A DNA stretch of 61,578 nt from an uncultured Clostridia bacterium (GTDB taxonomy: Bacteria; Bacillota; Clostridia; TANB77; CAG-508), in contig CALXJU010000004.1 in NCBI GenBank assembly GCA_944388705.1, positions 1 to 61,578 on the forward strand, written 5' to 3'. How positions within the stretch are numbered: the stretch's first letter is position 1; the number at the start of each line of letters is the position of its first letter. A program made the position numbers and the translations under genes. Under the pieces are notes generated by a model. It saw nothing but the letters and a program-made list of their open reading frames with translations. It made no database searches and had not been told where the DNA came from. This document shows, one piece after another, positions 35,800-45,290 of this stretch.

Positions 35800-35823
35800 T
35801 ATTTTTCCCTCCTCATTCTACTA

Positions 35824-36027
35824 TTAGTTACCATATGGTAATAATTTTTTTATTGTATTTTCACATGATTTATCTGCATATGCTCCTGGGCGTCTGCTTG
35901 ATAATTTTTGTCTTTTTGTTTTATTTGCTAATAAGTGTCTTCTATTAGCTGTTGTTCTTTTTACTTTTCCTGTTGCTGTTAATGAATATCTTTTTTTTGC
36001 TGCTTTGTTTGTTTTTAATTTTGGCAT
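35824..36027 (-). CDS. rpmI: 50S ribosomal protein L35
   Basis: [14 protein letters not shown]. Confidence 0.95.
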   Translation of the reverse strand: MPKLKTNKAAKKRYSLTATGKVKRTTANRRHLLANKTKRQKLSSRRPGAYADKSCENTIKKLLPYGN

Positions 36028-36063
36028 AGCTTTTCGCTCCTTTCAATTGTTTTTTATATATTA

Positions 36064-36582
36064 TTAAGCTTTTTTAGCTAGTATAATAAACATATTTTTA
36101 CCTTCTAGTTTTGGCTTTTTCTCAACTACTGATATATCTTCTAGAGTTGTTATGAATTTATTTAATACATTCTCACCCATTTTTGTATTATTTAATTCTC
36201 TTCCTCTAAATCTTACAGTAATTTTTACTTTATTTCCATCCTCTAGAAATTTTCTTGCATTTTTTGCTTTAAATCCAAAGTCATGTTCTTCAATATTAGG
36301 TGTTATTCTTAGTTCTTTTGTTTCTTGAACTTTTTGTTTTTTCTTAGCTTCTTTTTCTTTTTTTGCTTGTTCAAATTTGTATTTTCCATAATTCATTATT
36401 TTACATACTGGTACTGTTGAATTTGGAGATACTAATACTAAGTCTAATTTTTTGTCACCTGCTAATTCTAGTGCTCTTGATAATGGTACTATTCCCATTT
36501 TTTGTCCATCATCACTTATTAATTGAACTTCTTTGGCTCTTATTTGACCATTTATTGGTAATTCTTGTTTTATATAAAACAC
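36064..36582 (-). CDS. infC: translation initiation factor IF-3
   Basis: INGQIRAKEVQLISDDGQ...PVCKIMNYGKYKFE. The track start is a GTG directly abutting AGGAGG, so the real start is probably the non-canonical ATA at 36573. Confidence 0.9.
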   Translation of the reverse strand: MFYIKQELPINGQIRAKEVQLISDDGQKMGIVPLSRALELAGDKKLDLVLVSPNSTVPVCKIMNYGKYKFEQAKKEKEAKKKQKVQETKELRITPNIEEHDFGFKAKNARKFLEDGNKVKITVRFRGRELNNTKMGENVLNKFITTLEDISVVEKKPKLEGKNMFIILAKKA

Positions 36583-36744
36583 CTCCTGATTTTTTGCTTC
36601 GCTTTTAACGAAAAAAATTGACTTTGTTACAAGTCAATTCCACACAATTATAGATATACATTTTTCATATAAATCTAATTTTTTCTAACCTTTTTCCACA
36701 TAGATAAGGTGAGAAGTGGATAACTTCTTCTTGTAACAGTATTT
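36583..36744 (-). promoter_or_regulatory. infC-rpmI-rplT leader (L20-leader-like) with an attenuator terminator at 36611-36638
   Basis: Leader of about 160 nt after the promoter. ATTGACTT/AAGTCAAT stem plus T7 lies about 30 nt before infC, matching the L20-controlled attenuation known in Bacillus. Confidence 0.45.
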
Positions 36745-36773
36745 ATTATACATTTTTTTCCTAACTTTGTCAA
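36745..36773 (-). promoter_or_regulatory. sigma-A promoter of the infC operon
   Basis: Minus strand TTGACA-17 nt-TATAAT. Confidence 0.65.
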
Positions 36774-36804
36774 TAGTTTTTTGAAATATTGAATAAATTT
36801 TATT

Positions 36805-36846
36805 ATTAACAAAAGCACTCCAAAGAGGACTATCCCCTTTAGAGTG
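36805..36846 (-). terminator. terminator at the end of the glycan locus (overlaps the glf stop)
   Basis: CACTCTAAAG/CTTTGGAGTG, 9 of 10 bp, then CTTTTGTT. Confidence 0.5.
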
Positions 36847-37939
36847 TTTTTGTTAAGTCTAATGCTGCTCTGATAACCTTATCCATATCATAATATTTAT
36901 AATTTCCAAGTCTGCCACCAAAAATAACATTAGGTTCTTTATCAGCTAATTCTCTATATTTTTCAAATAAAGAGTTATTTTTTTCGTCATTGACTGGATA
37001 ATAAGCTTCATCTCCCATTTTCCAATCCATTGGATATTCTTTAGTAATTATTGTACCTTTACATTTATTAAATTCAAAATGTTTATGTTCAATAATTCTA
37101 GTATATTTTTCATTATGGCTTGTATAATTAACAACTGCATTACCTTGATAATCATCAATATCTTCATATATCTCATTTTCGAATTTTAACGAACGCCATT
37201 CTAAGTTTCCAAATTTATAATCAAAATATTCATCTATCATACCAGTATATAGAATTTTATCAGCTAGGCTATTATATTTATCTTTTTCTTTTAAATAATC
37301 AACACCAAGTTCTACATCAGCATCTGCTAATAATTTTTCAATTATAACATTATATCCGCCTTCTGGAATTCCTTGATATCTGTCATTAAAATAATTGTTA
37401 TCATATATAAATCTAACAGGTAATCTTTTTATGATAAATGCTGGTAGTTCTTTACAATCTCTTCCCCATTGTTTTTCTGTATATTCTTTTACTAGTTTCA
37501 TATAAATATCTTTTCCAACTAGAGATATTGCTTGCTCTTCTAAATTTTTAGGTTCTGTTATATTATATTCAGCTTTTTGTTTTTCAATAATTTCTTTTGC
37601 TTGTGCTGGAGTTGCAATTCCCCATAATTTTGAAAATGTATTCATATTAAATGGTAAATTGTAGATTTCTCCTTTATAATTTGCAATTGGAGAATTTATG
37701 TAGTTATTAAATTCTGCAAATTGATTTACATATTCCCATACTTCTTTATCACTTGTATGGAATATATGTGCTCCATATTTGTGAACATTGATTCCATTTA
37801 TTTTTTCACAATAAATATTTCCACCTATATGATTTCTTCTATCTATTACAAGACATTTTTTCCCTTTTTTATTCATTTCATATGCAAATACTGCTCCAAA
37901 TAGACCTGCACCAACTATTAAATAATCATATTTTTTCAT
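36839..37939 (-). CDS. glf: UDP-galactopyranose mutase
   Basis: MKKYDYLIVGAGLFGAVFA FAD-binding fold; 366 aa. Confidence 0.9.
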   Translation of the reverse strand: MKKYDYLIVGAGLFGAVFAYEMNKKGKKCLVIDRRNHIGGNIYCEKINGINVHKYGAHIFHTSDKEVWEYVNQFAEFNNYINSPIANYKGEIYNLPFNMNTFSKLWGIATPAQAKEIIEKQKAEYNITEPKNLEEQAISLVGKDIYMKLVKEYTEKQWGRDCKELPAFIIKRLPVRFIYDNNYFNDRYQGIPEGGYNVIIEKLLADADVELGVDYLKEKDKYNSLADKILYTGMIDEYFDYKFGNLEWRSLKFENEIYEDIDDYQGNAVVNYTSHNEKYTRIIEHKHFEFNKCKGTIITKEYPMDWKMGDEAYYPVNDEKNNSLFEKYRELADKEPNVIFGGRLGNYKYYDMDKVIRAALDLTKTL

Positions 37940-37942
37940 AAC

Positions 37943-38905
37943 TTATACCTCTTTTAACTCAAATATTTTTCTATTTTTCTTGTAGAATTCTTCCATTGCT
38001 TTTGTTTGTGGTCCATATGAGAAATGTCCAGCAATTGTATTTTCTGAAACTACTATTGCTCTACTTTCTATCATGCAATATTCACATATTTGTGCTTCAT
38101 CTCTTCCCATATTAGTTCCTTTTTCAACTACAAACCTTCCCATTGCTTCCCATAAATCTCTTGAGAATAATATTGCTCCTATACTAAATCTTATTGGACA
38201 TATTGAATATGCGAATTCTTCTTGGTCAAATTTTTTAGATAATTCATCTATTTGTCCTATTTCTTTCCACATGAATTTTGCTATTTCTGGATTTTTAATT
38301 ATTTTTTCTTCTCCTCCGCCATCATGATATGGTTTTCCAAATTTCTTTTCAAATTTAGCTATTGTATTTGTCTTTTTTAATACATTAACATTTGAATATC
38401 CATTTATAGGCAATAATGGTGCTACAAATCCTACTCTATAATTACTTTCTTCTTCAACTTTTTTATATGTTTCCATTAATTTTGAGAAAAAGTTCTTTGT
38501 TATAAATATGTCTTCATCTATCTTATATATCATTTTAGCTTTTGGATGTAAATTTATTGCTATATTTTGTACTAATGTTACTTTATTTTGTTTTAAACTT
38601 AAATATGACCATTTATTTTTTTCTGCTATTTTATCTAATTCTTCATTATACAAACCTGATGATACTATACATACATCCATATCTTTTGGCATAAATTTTT
38701 CAAGTCTTACGAATACATCTTCCCATAATATTTTTTTATAGCCAGCTATTATTATACATAAGTTTTTCTTGTCTTTTTTTCTGTCAACAAATTTATATGT
38801 TCCCTTTACTCTCCTTTTAATTTCTTTTTCTTGTTTTTTCTTTTTTAATTTGTTATACTTCTCCATGAATTTCTTGTTTTTTTCTAATTTCACAAATATA
38901 TCCAT
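37943..38905 (-). CDS. hypothetical protein, possible GT-A-like glycosyltransferase
   Basis: Lys-rich N-terminus followed by CIIIAGYK...KIDEDIF (DxD-like). No firm family assignment. Confidence 0.35.
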   Translation of the reverse strand: MDIFVKLEKNKKFMEKYNKLKKKKQEKEIKRRVKGTYKFVDRKKDKKNLCIIIAGYKKILWEDVFVRLEKFMPKDMDVCIVSSGLYNEELDKIAEKNKWSYLSLKQNKVTLVQNIAINLHPKAKMIYKIDEDIFITKNFFSKLMETYKKVEEESNYRVGFVAPLLPINGYSNVNVLKKTNTIAKFEKKFGKPYHDGGGEEKIIKNPEIAKFMWKEIGQIDELSKKFDQEEFAYSICPIRFSIGAILFSRDLWEAMGRFVVEKGTNMGRDEAQICEYCMIESRAIVVSENTIAGHFSYGPQTKAMEEFYKKNRKIFELKEV

Positions 38906-38915
38906 ATTTTACCTC

Positions 38916-39653
38916 TCATATCTTGCAAATTTTTGCATTTATTTTTACATTTTTTATTTCTTTCAGGAAATTTTCCATATCGTCATATGTAACTTCTTTA
39001 AATTCTATCAGATTTTTTTTCAGTGTTTTATATTTTGATTCTGCAAGTCTATGTAGTTTGAATATTTCAACTTGTTGTGGCTTGTACTTTTCAAGTAAGT
39101 CTAATATCCTTTTTTTATTATGTTCTTGCAACGTATATTCTTTTGTAACTGGTATTCTGAAAGTAATATTATGTTTTTGTTCAAAAAGTTTTTTAATATT
39201 TTTATAATATAATTCAATATCACCATTTAATACTTTTTTCGCTTCAGAATTATCTAAAATTTTAATATCAACTATAAATTCATCAACATATTTTAAAGCA
39301 ATTTCTAGTAAACTAGTTGGTACAAATAAAGCGGTTTCTATACAAATATTAATATTTTGCTGTTTAAGTCTTTTTAATAATGGTTCTAATTTGTCAAATT
39401 GTAATAACGGCTCTCCTCCAGAAAAAGTAACTCCTCCTCCTGATTTATAAAACTTTTCATCTTTTAAAATTTCTTTTTCTAACTCATCTAGTTCTATATC
39501 ATAACCAAATTCACCTTGAATTTCATATTTTATATTTTCAGGATTTGCACACCATGGACAGCAAATACTACAACCTTTTAAAAATACAGTAGTTCTTATT
39601 CCAGGACCATCTTGAAGCGAAAATCTTTGAATATTAGTAACTCTTACCTTCAT
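38916..39653 (-). CDS. glycyl-radical enzyme activating protein (radical SAM)
   Basis: CSICCPWCANPE (CX3CX2C) near the N-terminus; 245 aa; 20-nt overlap with the upstream GRE gene. Confidence 0.85.
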   Translation of the reverse strand: MKVRVTNIQRFSLQDGPGIRTTVFLKGCSICCPWCANPENIKYEIQGEFGYDIELDELEKEILKDEKFYKSGGGVTFSGGEPLLQFDKLEPLLKRLKQQNINICIETALFVPTSLLEIALKYVDEFIVDIKILDNSEAKKVLNGDIELYYKNIKKLFEQKHNITFRIPVTKEYTLQEHNKKRILDLLEKYKPQQVEIFKLHRLAESKYKTLKKNLIEFKEVTYDDMENFLKEIKNVKINAKICKI

Positions 39654-41655
39654 TTTTTAAAGCCCTTTCTATTAACACATTTTTATATTCTTCTGGCAAG
39701 TCATTAAAGTATGCGCTAAATCCCCAAACTCTTACTATTAAATTAGGAAATTCTTCTGGATGTTCTTTTGCTTTTATTAATGTTTCACTACTTACTACAT
39801 TCATCTGCATTTGAAAAAATCCAACATCTATACTTAATATTAAAAAATCTGTAAATTTTTCAAAATTATTTTCCATAAAACTTGGTGTTACCATGAAGTC
39901 TATAACATTACCATTAAATCTATTTCCACTATAATCTATTTTTGACGCAAATTGAATTAACTCAGTATATGGGTTTGATGTTATATCTGATGAAATGTGT
40001 ACAATAAATGCATCACCTTTTTTTCTTCCATCTAATGAAGCTTCAAAATCTTTTGATTCATCTATATATGATGGTGCACTTAGTCCAAACTTTAATTTTC
40101 CACCTATCCTATTTGTTTTATTTTCTAGCATTTCGTCTACCCATTTAGTTATCATATTTGTAATTTCTAATACTTTATCATCATCTTTTCCATATCTAAT
40201 TCCTTGGTCTTTTAGTTGAATATTTTCATTGTTTTCAAAATTATTTTTTCTCAACTCATTTAATTCACTTAATGTATATTTTTTGTCTTGAAATACAAAT
40301 TTGTTTATATTTATAATTGAATTTACTGTATTTGCAAGTGATACAGAAGTAGCCCCATAATTATTATATATTGCTCCCCCTTCTGTAACATCTATTTCGA
40401 CTTGATTACAGTGTGGTATAAATAAAGACATTACTGGATCTGTTTCAAATTTTCTTGCATCTAATTCAGCAAAAAATTCATCTATATATTTTTCTAAATA
40501 AGTTTTGTATTTTTCCATTAATTGTTCTTGATTTTTAATCTCTTCTAAGTTTTCTTTATTAAGCATTTCAGTAAATGGTTTCAAAAATACTATTGTTTTC
40601 ATATTATTTTGGTCAAATGATTTTCCTGTAATTAATGGCTCCCAACATGCTGCTGTAACATAACTATATGCATCTTTTTCATCATATCCGAAATTTATTA
40701 ATTGTGGAATTACTACTTCATCATTTGAAAATAGTGGACATCCTATTCCTGTTTTTATACATTTTACTGATGTTTCCATCAATTCTCTTGGCATATTTTT
40801 TGCAACTCTTAATAATACTTTTGGGTCTGGTAGTTGAAGTTTTTCTGTTTCTTCTATAAACATATATGTTAAATCATTGCAAAAGTATTCTCCATTAGGT
40901 TCTTTTCCTCCTAATATGATTACTTGTCCTGTGTCACCTAACAATGCATTACTTTTAAACCAAAAGTTCTCATGCAATAATTTCATAAATTCATTTATTA
41001 AGCTTCGTGCTTCTTCTTTTGTAATCTTATTTTCTTTTATATCTTTTTTATAATATTTATCTAAAATTTTGTCAAGTCTTCCTAATCCATTTAAATGATG
41101 TCCAGTCTGCCATACAATTTGATTATAAAATAATATTCTTTGTAATGCTTCTTGAAATCCATCAGCTTTTTTATTTTTTATATTTTCTAAATTATTAGCA
41201 ACTTGCTCATTTGGAGCTATTTTTTTCTCTTTTTCTATTAATTCTTCTATTCCTAATAATAGTTGTTTTTGATTTTCTTTATATTCCCCATCCTTCATGT
41301 TTTCATTTTCTTTTTGCATTTCTTCTAAACTTTTTTCTAATCCAATTTCATAATCAATTGTAGTGTTCTCAATTTCAAAATTTTTGATGTTTAAAATTTT
41401 TAATGGGTCAAGATAATATATAAATCTGTCACTATTTCTTTTTATTTTTAACTTTTGAAATATTTTTCTAATTTGCATTCCCTTTGATAGTTTTGTACTT
41501 GGCATATAAAATTTAAATATTCCTTTTAATGCAAATAAAATAGTTTTGGTCATATTTCTATATTTTCTATTATATTTATAAACTATTACTGTAAAATTTG
41601 ATAATTTCTCGCTTTTATTAATTATCTTATTAATTAATTCTATAATTTTATTCAT
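39634..41655 (-). CDS. glycyl radical enzyme (PFL-like superfamily), short form, Cys-x-Glu type active site
   Basis: C-terminal glycyl radical motif IVRVWGFSAYFNDL. Cys loop VTAACWEPLITGK resembles GCVEP of GRE eliminases. Also ILGGKEPNGEYFCNDLTY and CPLFSNDEVVIP blocks. Confidence 0.8.
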   Translation of the reverse strand: MNKIIELINKIINKSEKLSNFTVIVYKYNRKYRNMTKTILFALKGIFKFYMPSTKLSKGMQIRKIFQKLKIKRNSDRFIYYLDPLKILNIKNFEIENTTIDYEIGLEKSLEEMQKENENMKDGEYKENQKQLLLGIEELIEKEKKIAPNEQVANNLENIKNKKADGFQEALQRILFYNQIVWQTGHHLNGLGRLDKILDKYYKKDIKENKITKEEARSLINEFMKLLHENFWFKSNALLGDTGQVIILGGKEPNGEYFCNDLTYMFIEETEKLQLPDPKVLLRVAKNMPRELMETSVKCIKTGIGCPLFSNDEVVIPQLINFGYDEKDAYSYVTAACWEPLITGKSFDQNNMKTIVFLKPFTEMLNKENLEEIKNQEQLMEKYKTYLEKYIDEFFAELDARKFETDPVMSLFIPHCNQVEIDVTEGGAIYNNYGATSVSLANTVNSIININKFVFQDKKYTLSELNELRKNNFENNENIQLKDQGIRYGKDDDKVLEITNMITKWVDEMLENKTNRIGGKLKFGLSAPSYIDESKDFEASLDGRKKGDAFIVHISSDITSNPYTELIQFASKIDYSGNRFNGNVIDFMVTPSFMENNFEKFTDFLILSIDVGFFQMQMNVVSSETLIKAKEHPEEFPNLIVRVWGFSAYFNDLPEEYKNVLIERALKNEGKSY

Positions 41656-43111
41656 TCACAGTTCCCTTTCCTAGTTTATTTTTTACTGTTACGACAACTT
41701 GATTTATTATGTCATTTAAGAATTTATCTTTCAATATTAATAATATTACAAAATAAATGATTGCTCCTATTGCAATTAAAATAAATGTATTTAATATACT
41801 TGGTGATATTAGTTTAGAAATATTTAATACTATTACATACATTATTAATCCACTTATTAGATATTTTATTGATAATTTTAATACATCTAAAATTTTTATG
41901 TCTTTTCTCATATATATAAAATGTACACCTAATATTGTAAATTCTGCTAATACTGATGAAATTGCTGCTCCAACTGTTCCTATTAAATTTATTAATATAA
42001 AATTAAATATTACATTTACAATTGCACCTATTGTTACTGATATTGTGTAATTTTTTTGTTGTTTTGTTTGTATTAAATATTGAATTCCTGTTACATTATT
42101 TAGTCCTATAGCTAATAATATTGGGCTTGTTGCAATTAATAATTGTATAACTGGTTCATATCCCTCTCCATAAAACCATGGTACTAAATTGCTTGATACA
42201 GCCATTATACCTAGAGTTATAGGTATTCCTAACATCCACACTATATTAAATGCTTGCATTAAATATTTTTTTACATCTTCTTTTTTATTTTCTGCAAATG
42301 CATTTGCTATTCTTGAATTCATTACTGTTCCTAATGCCGTTACTACTAACATTGCTGTTTTTACTATTTTTTGAGCTTGCTCATAAAACCCTACATCTGA
42401 CATATTATTAGTAATGTTTCCTATCATAGTTTTATCTAATACTACATATATTTGTGTTGCAATTTGTGGTACAAATAATGATAATACTGGTTTTATATGT
42501 TTTTTAAATTCTAATGTTTTTAATGATATTTTTTGCAACATTTTTGGTAAATATAACCACATTGTTGCATTTCCTAATGCATTTGCTAATACATATATCA
42601 ACATGTATTTCCATAAATCTGCTTGTGTTTTTACAAATACAAATATACATACTAAACTTAAGATTTTTACTACTAAGTTTCTTATTACAGTTTTGCCAAA
42701 ATCTTCAATTCCTTGATAATACCAACTTATATCAAGTGCATTTGCTAATAATTCTAATAATAAGATTGTATAATATGTTGTATATTGTCCTCTTATACAA
42801 AATGTTATATAAAATGTTACTGATGCTATAGTTAGTGTTATAAATCTTGTTATTACAATCTCCCAAAATGTTTTACTTTGTTTTGTTTGATTATTTTGAA
42901 CATATGCTATTTCTCTTTGTCCATACATTGCAATCCCTAGTGTTCCAAATAAAACAAAATATGTTACTATTGATAATGTATAACCATATATCCCAATGTT
43001 TTCTGCTCCTAATACTCTTGATAAATATGGTGTTGTTATTAATGGTAATACAATTGTTAACATCTGATATATTAAGTTATATATGTAATTTTTTGCTATG
43101 CTTTTTTTCAC
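41648..43111 (-). CDS. wzx: Wzx-type oligosaccharide flippase (MOP superfamily)
   Basis: 487 aa with about 12-14 TM segments and a typical polysaccharide-biosynthesis-protein N-terminus; GTG start. Confidence 0.75.
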   Translation of the reverse strand: MKKSIAKNYIYNLIYQMLTIVLPLITTPYLSRVLGAENIGIYGYTLSIVTYFVLFGTLGIAMYGQREIAYVQNNQTKQSKTFWEIVITRFITLTIASVTFYITFCIRGQYTTYYTILLLELLANALDISWYYQGIEDFGKTVIRNLVVKILSLVCIFVFVKTQADLWKYMLIYVLANALGNATMWLYLPKMLQKISLKTLEFKKHIKPVLSLFVPQIATQIYVVLDKTMIGNITNNMSDVGFYEQAQKIVKTAMLVVTALGTVMNSRIANAFAENKKEDVKKYLMQAFNIVWMLGIPITLGIMAVSSNLVPWFYGEGYEPVIQLLIATSPILLAIGLNNVTGIQYLIQTKQQKNYTISVTIGAIVNVIFNFILINLIGTVGAAISSVLAEFTILGVHFIYMRKDIKILDVLKLSIKYLISGLIMYVIVLNISKLISPSILNTFILIAIGAIIYFVILLILKDKFLNDIINQVVVTVKNKLGKGTVNE

Positions 43112-43133
43112 TTTTGTTACATTCCTTTCTGCT

Positions 43134-45158
43134 TTATCTTACAAGTACTTTTTGTATTGTTCTAATTGCAATTTGTGGTAATACTTTTTGTTCTGTATTA
43201 TATACTGGCATTTCTTTTATTTTTAAATGATTATTTTTTTCAAGCCATACACTTAATAATCTTTCTGATAAAAATCCAAATATTCTTTTATCATAATCTG
43301 TATATTTTGAAATATCTACTCTTTTTTCTAATTCAAATAAAATGTCAAATAACCATTTATAGTATTCATCAAATATTTCTTTTCGAGAAATAAACATATT
43401 GTATAAATATAATTTTCTTCCATTTGCAATTTTATCAAATGCTTCTATATATTCTGGATGTTTTTCTTGTATAATTTCTCTACATTTTTCAAAATCTTCT
43501 ATATGATGAAATTTCCCATATGCATTTTTTACAGTATATTTCACAATTCTTTCTTTTTCTGGTAGTATTATATCATATTTTTCTAATATTTCTTCTATAT
43601 CTTTTTTATTTAATATATTTTCTTTGCTATTATTGTTTTTCTTTTTAAAGAAATATCTTCTATAATGTGTAAGCCCTGTAATATCTGATTTGTCATTTTT
43701 CCATATCCAATATGCTGCTGTTAATTCACAAAAGTTTGGATTTTTTTCTGCTATATTGTCACCTGTGTTATCACGTACTTTTGTGAAACTTTCTTTTTTC
43801 CCTACTTGTATTGGTGTATATATTTCTTCTTTTGGAAATTCTGCTTCTTTGTGTGATACTATGTAAACTTTGGAAAAAAAGGGGACGGTTCTCTTTTTTC
43901 CCTTTTGGCAAATTGGGGACGGTTCTCTTTTTTCCTTTTGGGCAAAAAGAGAACCGTCCCCTTTTTTCCCTTTTTGCTCATATAGTTTTATATATTCTTG
44001 AAATTTTAATCTTTTATCATATTTTTTAGATGCTTGCAAACATTGTTCTGTTTTTTTAGGTTTGCCTTTTAAATCTTTAACAATTTTTAACACAGAGTCT
44101 ACATCTCCTTGTTCTACAACAAATCCCCATTCTTTATCAACACTTTCTACACTTCCACCTGTTTTATATGTAATTATTGGTGTTCCACATGCTATTGATT
44201 CTAAATTTGTTGTTGGAAAGTTTTCTTCATATGTAGGATTGAAAAATATATCTGCAGTTGTATAAAGTTCTGCTAATTGTTCAATATTTTCTGTTCTTGA
44301 TATTCCTATTATATTTTTAGGTAATTTTTTTAATTGTCTTTTATTCAAACCTACTAATACTATTTGGAAATCATCACTTAGTTTTTCTGATAATCTTATA
44401 AATGATTCTAATCCTTTTCTTTTTTCCCAAACACTTGCAACTCCAAGTATTATAAATTTATTTTCAATATTATGTTTTTTTCTGAAATCTCCTTTTGTTG
44501 GTTTGAAGTTTTGAAGATTTATTCCATTGTTTATTACAACTACTTCTTTATCTTTTAAATATGATTGTTTTACTAAATCTGCTAACCATTGTGATGGTGT
44601 TACTAATGTTAAGTTTTTTATATTATTAAATAATCTTTTTTTCTTTTCATAATTTATTTTTGAGTTATCAAATATTAAACTTGGTGGATATGTTGTTTTT
44701 TGTGGACATTTTTCACATCCTGTTTTCCATTTATCACATTTTGCATAATCAAAATATGTGCAATGTCCTGTTATTGCCCAACAATTATGCATTGTGTAAA
44801 TTACAGGTTTATCTATTTTTGCTAAATATTCTAATAGTACTTCTATATTTATATAATATCCTAATAAACTATGTAATTGTATTATATCTGGGTCATATTC
44901 TTCTATTTTTTTGATTAGTTTTTTTGTTGCATGTGTTGATAAAAAAGCACTATTATCAAATATCATAGATATTCCTATGTGAAATAAGTTATTTATTTTT
45001 CCACATATTTTTATTGTTTTTACACCTTCTGGTGCTCCTCTTCTTCCATATGCAATTATTCCTTCATGTCCATTTTCTTCTAATACATTATATAAGTCTA
45101 CTGCTATTTTTCCAGTACTACAATTTCCACATACTGCATTTATTTGTAAAACTTTCAT
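43134..45158 (-). CDS. bifunctional glycosyltransferase: GT4 domain fused to a DUF4422 domain through a repeat-encoded linker
   Basis: MKVLQINAV... GT4 (about 400 aa, ENFPTTNLESIACGTPIITY), linker KGKKGDGSLFAQKEKREPSPICQKGKKRTVPFFS, then a DUF4422-like domain (VYIVSHKEAEFPKEEIYTPIQVG). Start at ATG 45158 behind AAAGGAGAAG. Confidence 0.75.
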   Translation of the reverse strand: MKVLQINAVCGNCSTGKIAVDLYNVLEENGHEGIIAYGRRGAPEGVKTIKICGKINNLFHIGISMIFDNSAFLSTHATKKLIKKIEEYDPDIIQLHSLLGYYINIEVLLEYLAKIDKPVIYTMHNCWAITGHCTYFDYAKCDKWKTGCEKCPQKTTYPPSLIFDNSKINYEKKKRLFNNIKNLTLVTPSQWLADLVKQSYLKDKEVVVINNGINLQNFKPTKGDFRKKHNIENKFIILGVASVWEKRKGLESFIRLSEKLSDDFQIVLVGLNKRQLKKLPKNIIGISRTENIEQLAELYTTADIFFNPTYEENFPTTNLESIACGTPIITYKTGGSVESVDKEWGFVVEQGDVDSVLKIVKDLKGKPKKTEQCLQASKKYDKRLKFQEYIKLYEQKGKKGDGSLFAQKEKREPSPICQKGKKRTVPFFSKVYIVSHKEAEFPKEEIYTPIQVGKKESFTKVRDNTGDNIAEKNPNFCELTAAYWIWKNDKSDITGLTHYRRYFFKKKNNNSKENILNKKDIEEILEKYDIILPEKERIVKYTVKNAYGKFHHIEDFEKCREIIQEKHPEYIEAFDKIANGRKLYLYNMFISRKEIFDEYYKWLFDILFELEKRVDISKYTDYDKRIFGFLSERLLSVWLEKNNHLKIKEMPVYNTEQKVLPQIAIRTIQKVLVR
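43872..43979 (-). repeat. family A repeat, copy A3, lying inside the coding sequence
   Basis: GGGGACGGTTCTCTTTTTTCC occurs twice, followed by GAGAACCGTCCCC on the plus strand. The units match A1 and A2. Confidence 0.85.
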
Positions 45159-45186
45159 ATCTTCTCCTTTTTTTATGTTTATACTT

Positions 45187-45277
45187 GTATTTATATATAT
45201 TACTATTGAATAAGCAAAGACCCCCGACGAAGACCCCAAATATGTTTTTGCTATGAAATAGTAATATATATAAATAC
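45187..45277. repeat. family B palindromic element, copy B2
   Basis: Perfect 20-bp arms GTATTTATATATATTACTAT/ATAGTAATATATATAAATAC. Inner stem AGCAAA/TTTGCT. Loop GACCCCCGACGAAGACCCCAAATATGTT. Confidence 0.85.
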
Positions 45278-45290
45278 ATAAAAATATAAA

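Noticed and set aside
45159-45239. Upstream extension (MGSSSGVFAYSIVIYINTSINIKKGED) of the GT4-DUF4422 ORF.
   Set aside because: It runs into family B copy B2. ATG 45158 has an AAAGGAGAAG RBS and gives the typical MKVLQINAV GT4 start.
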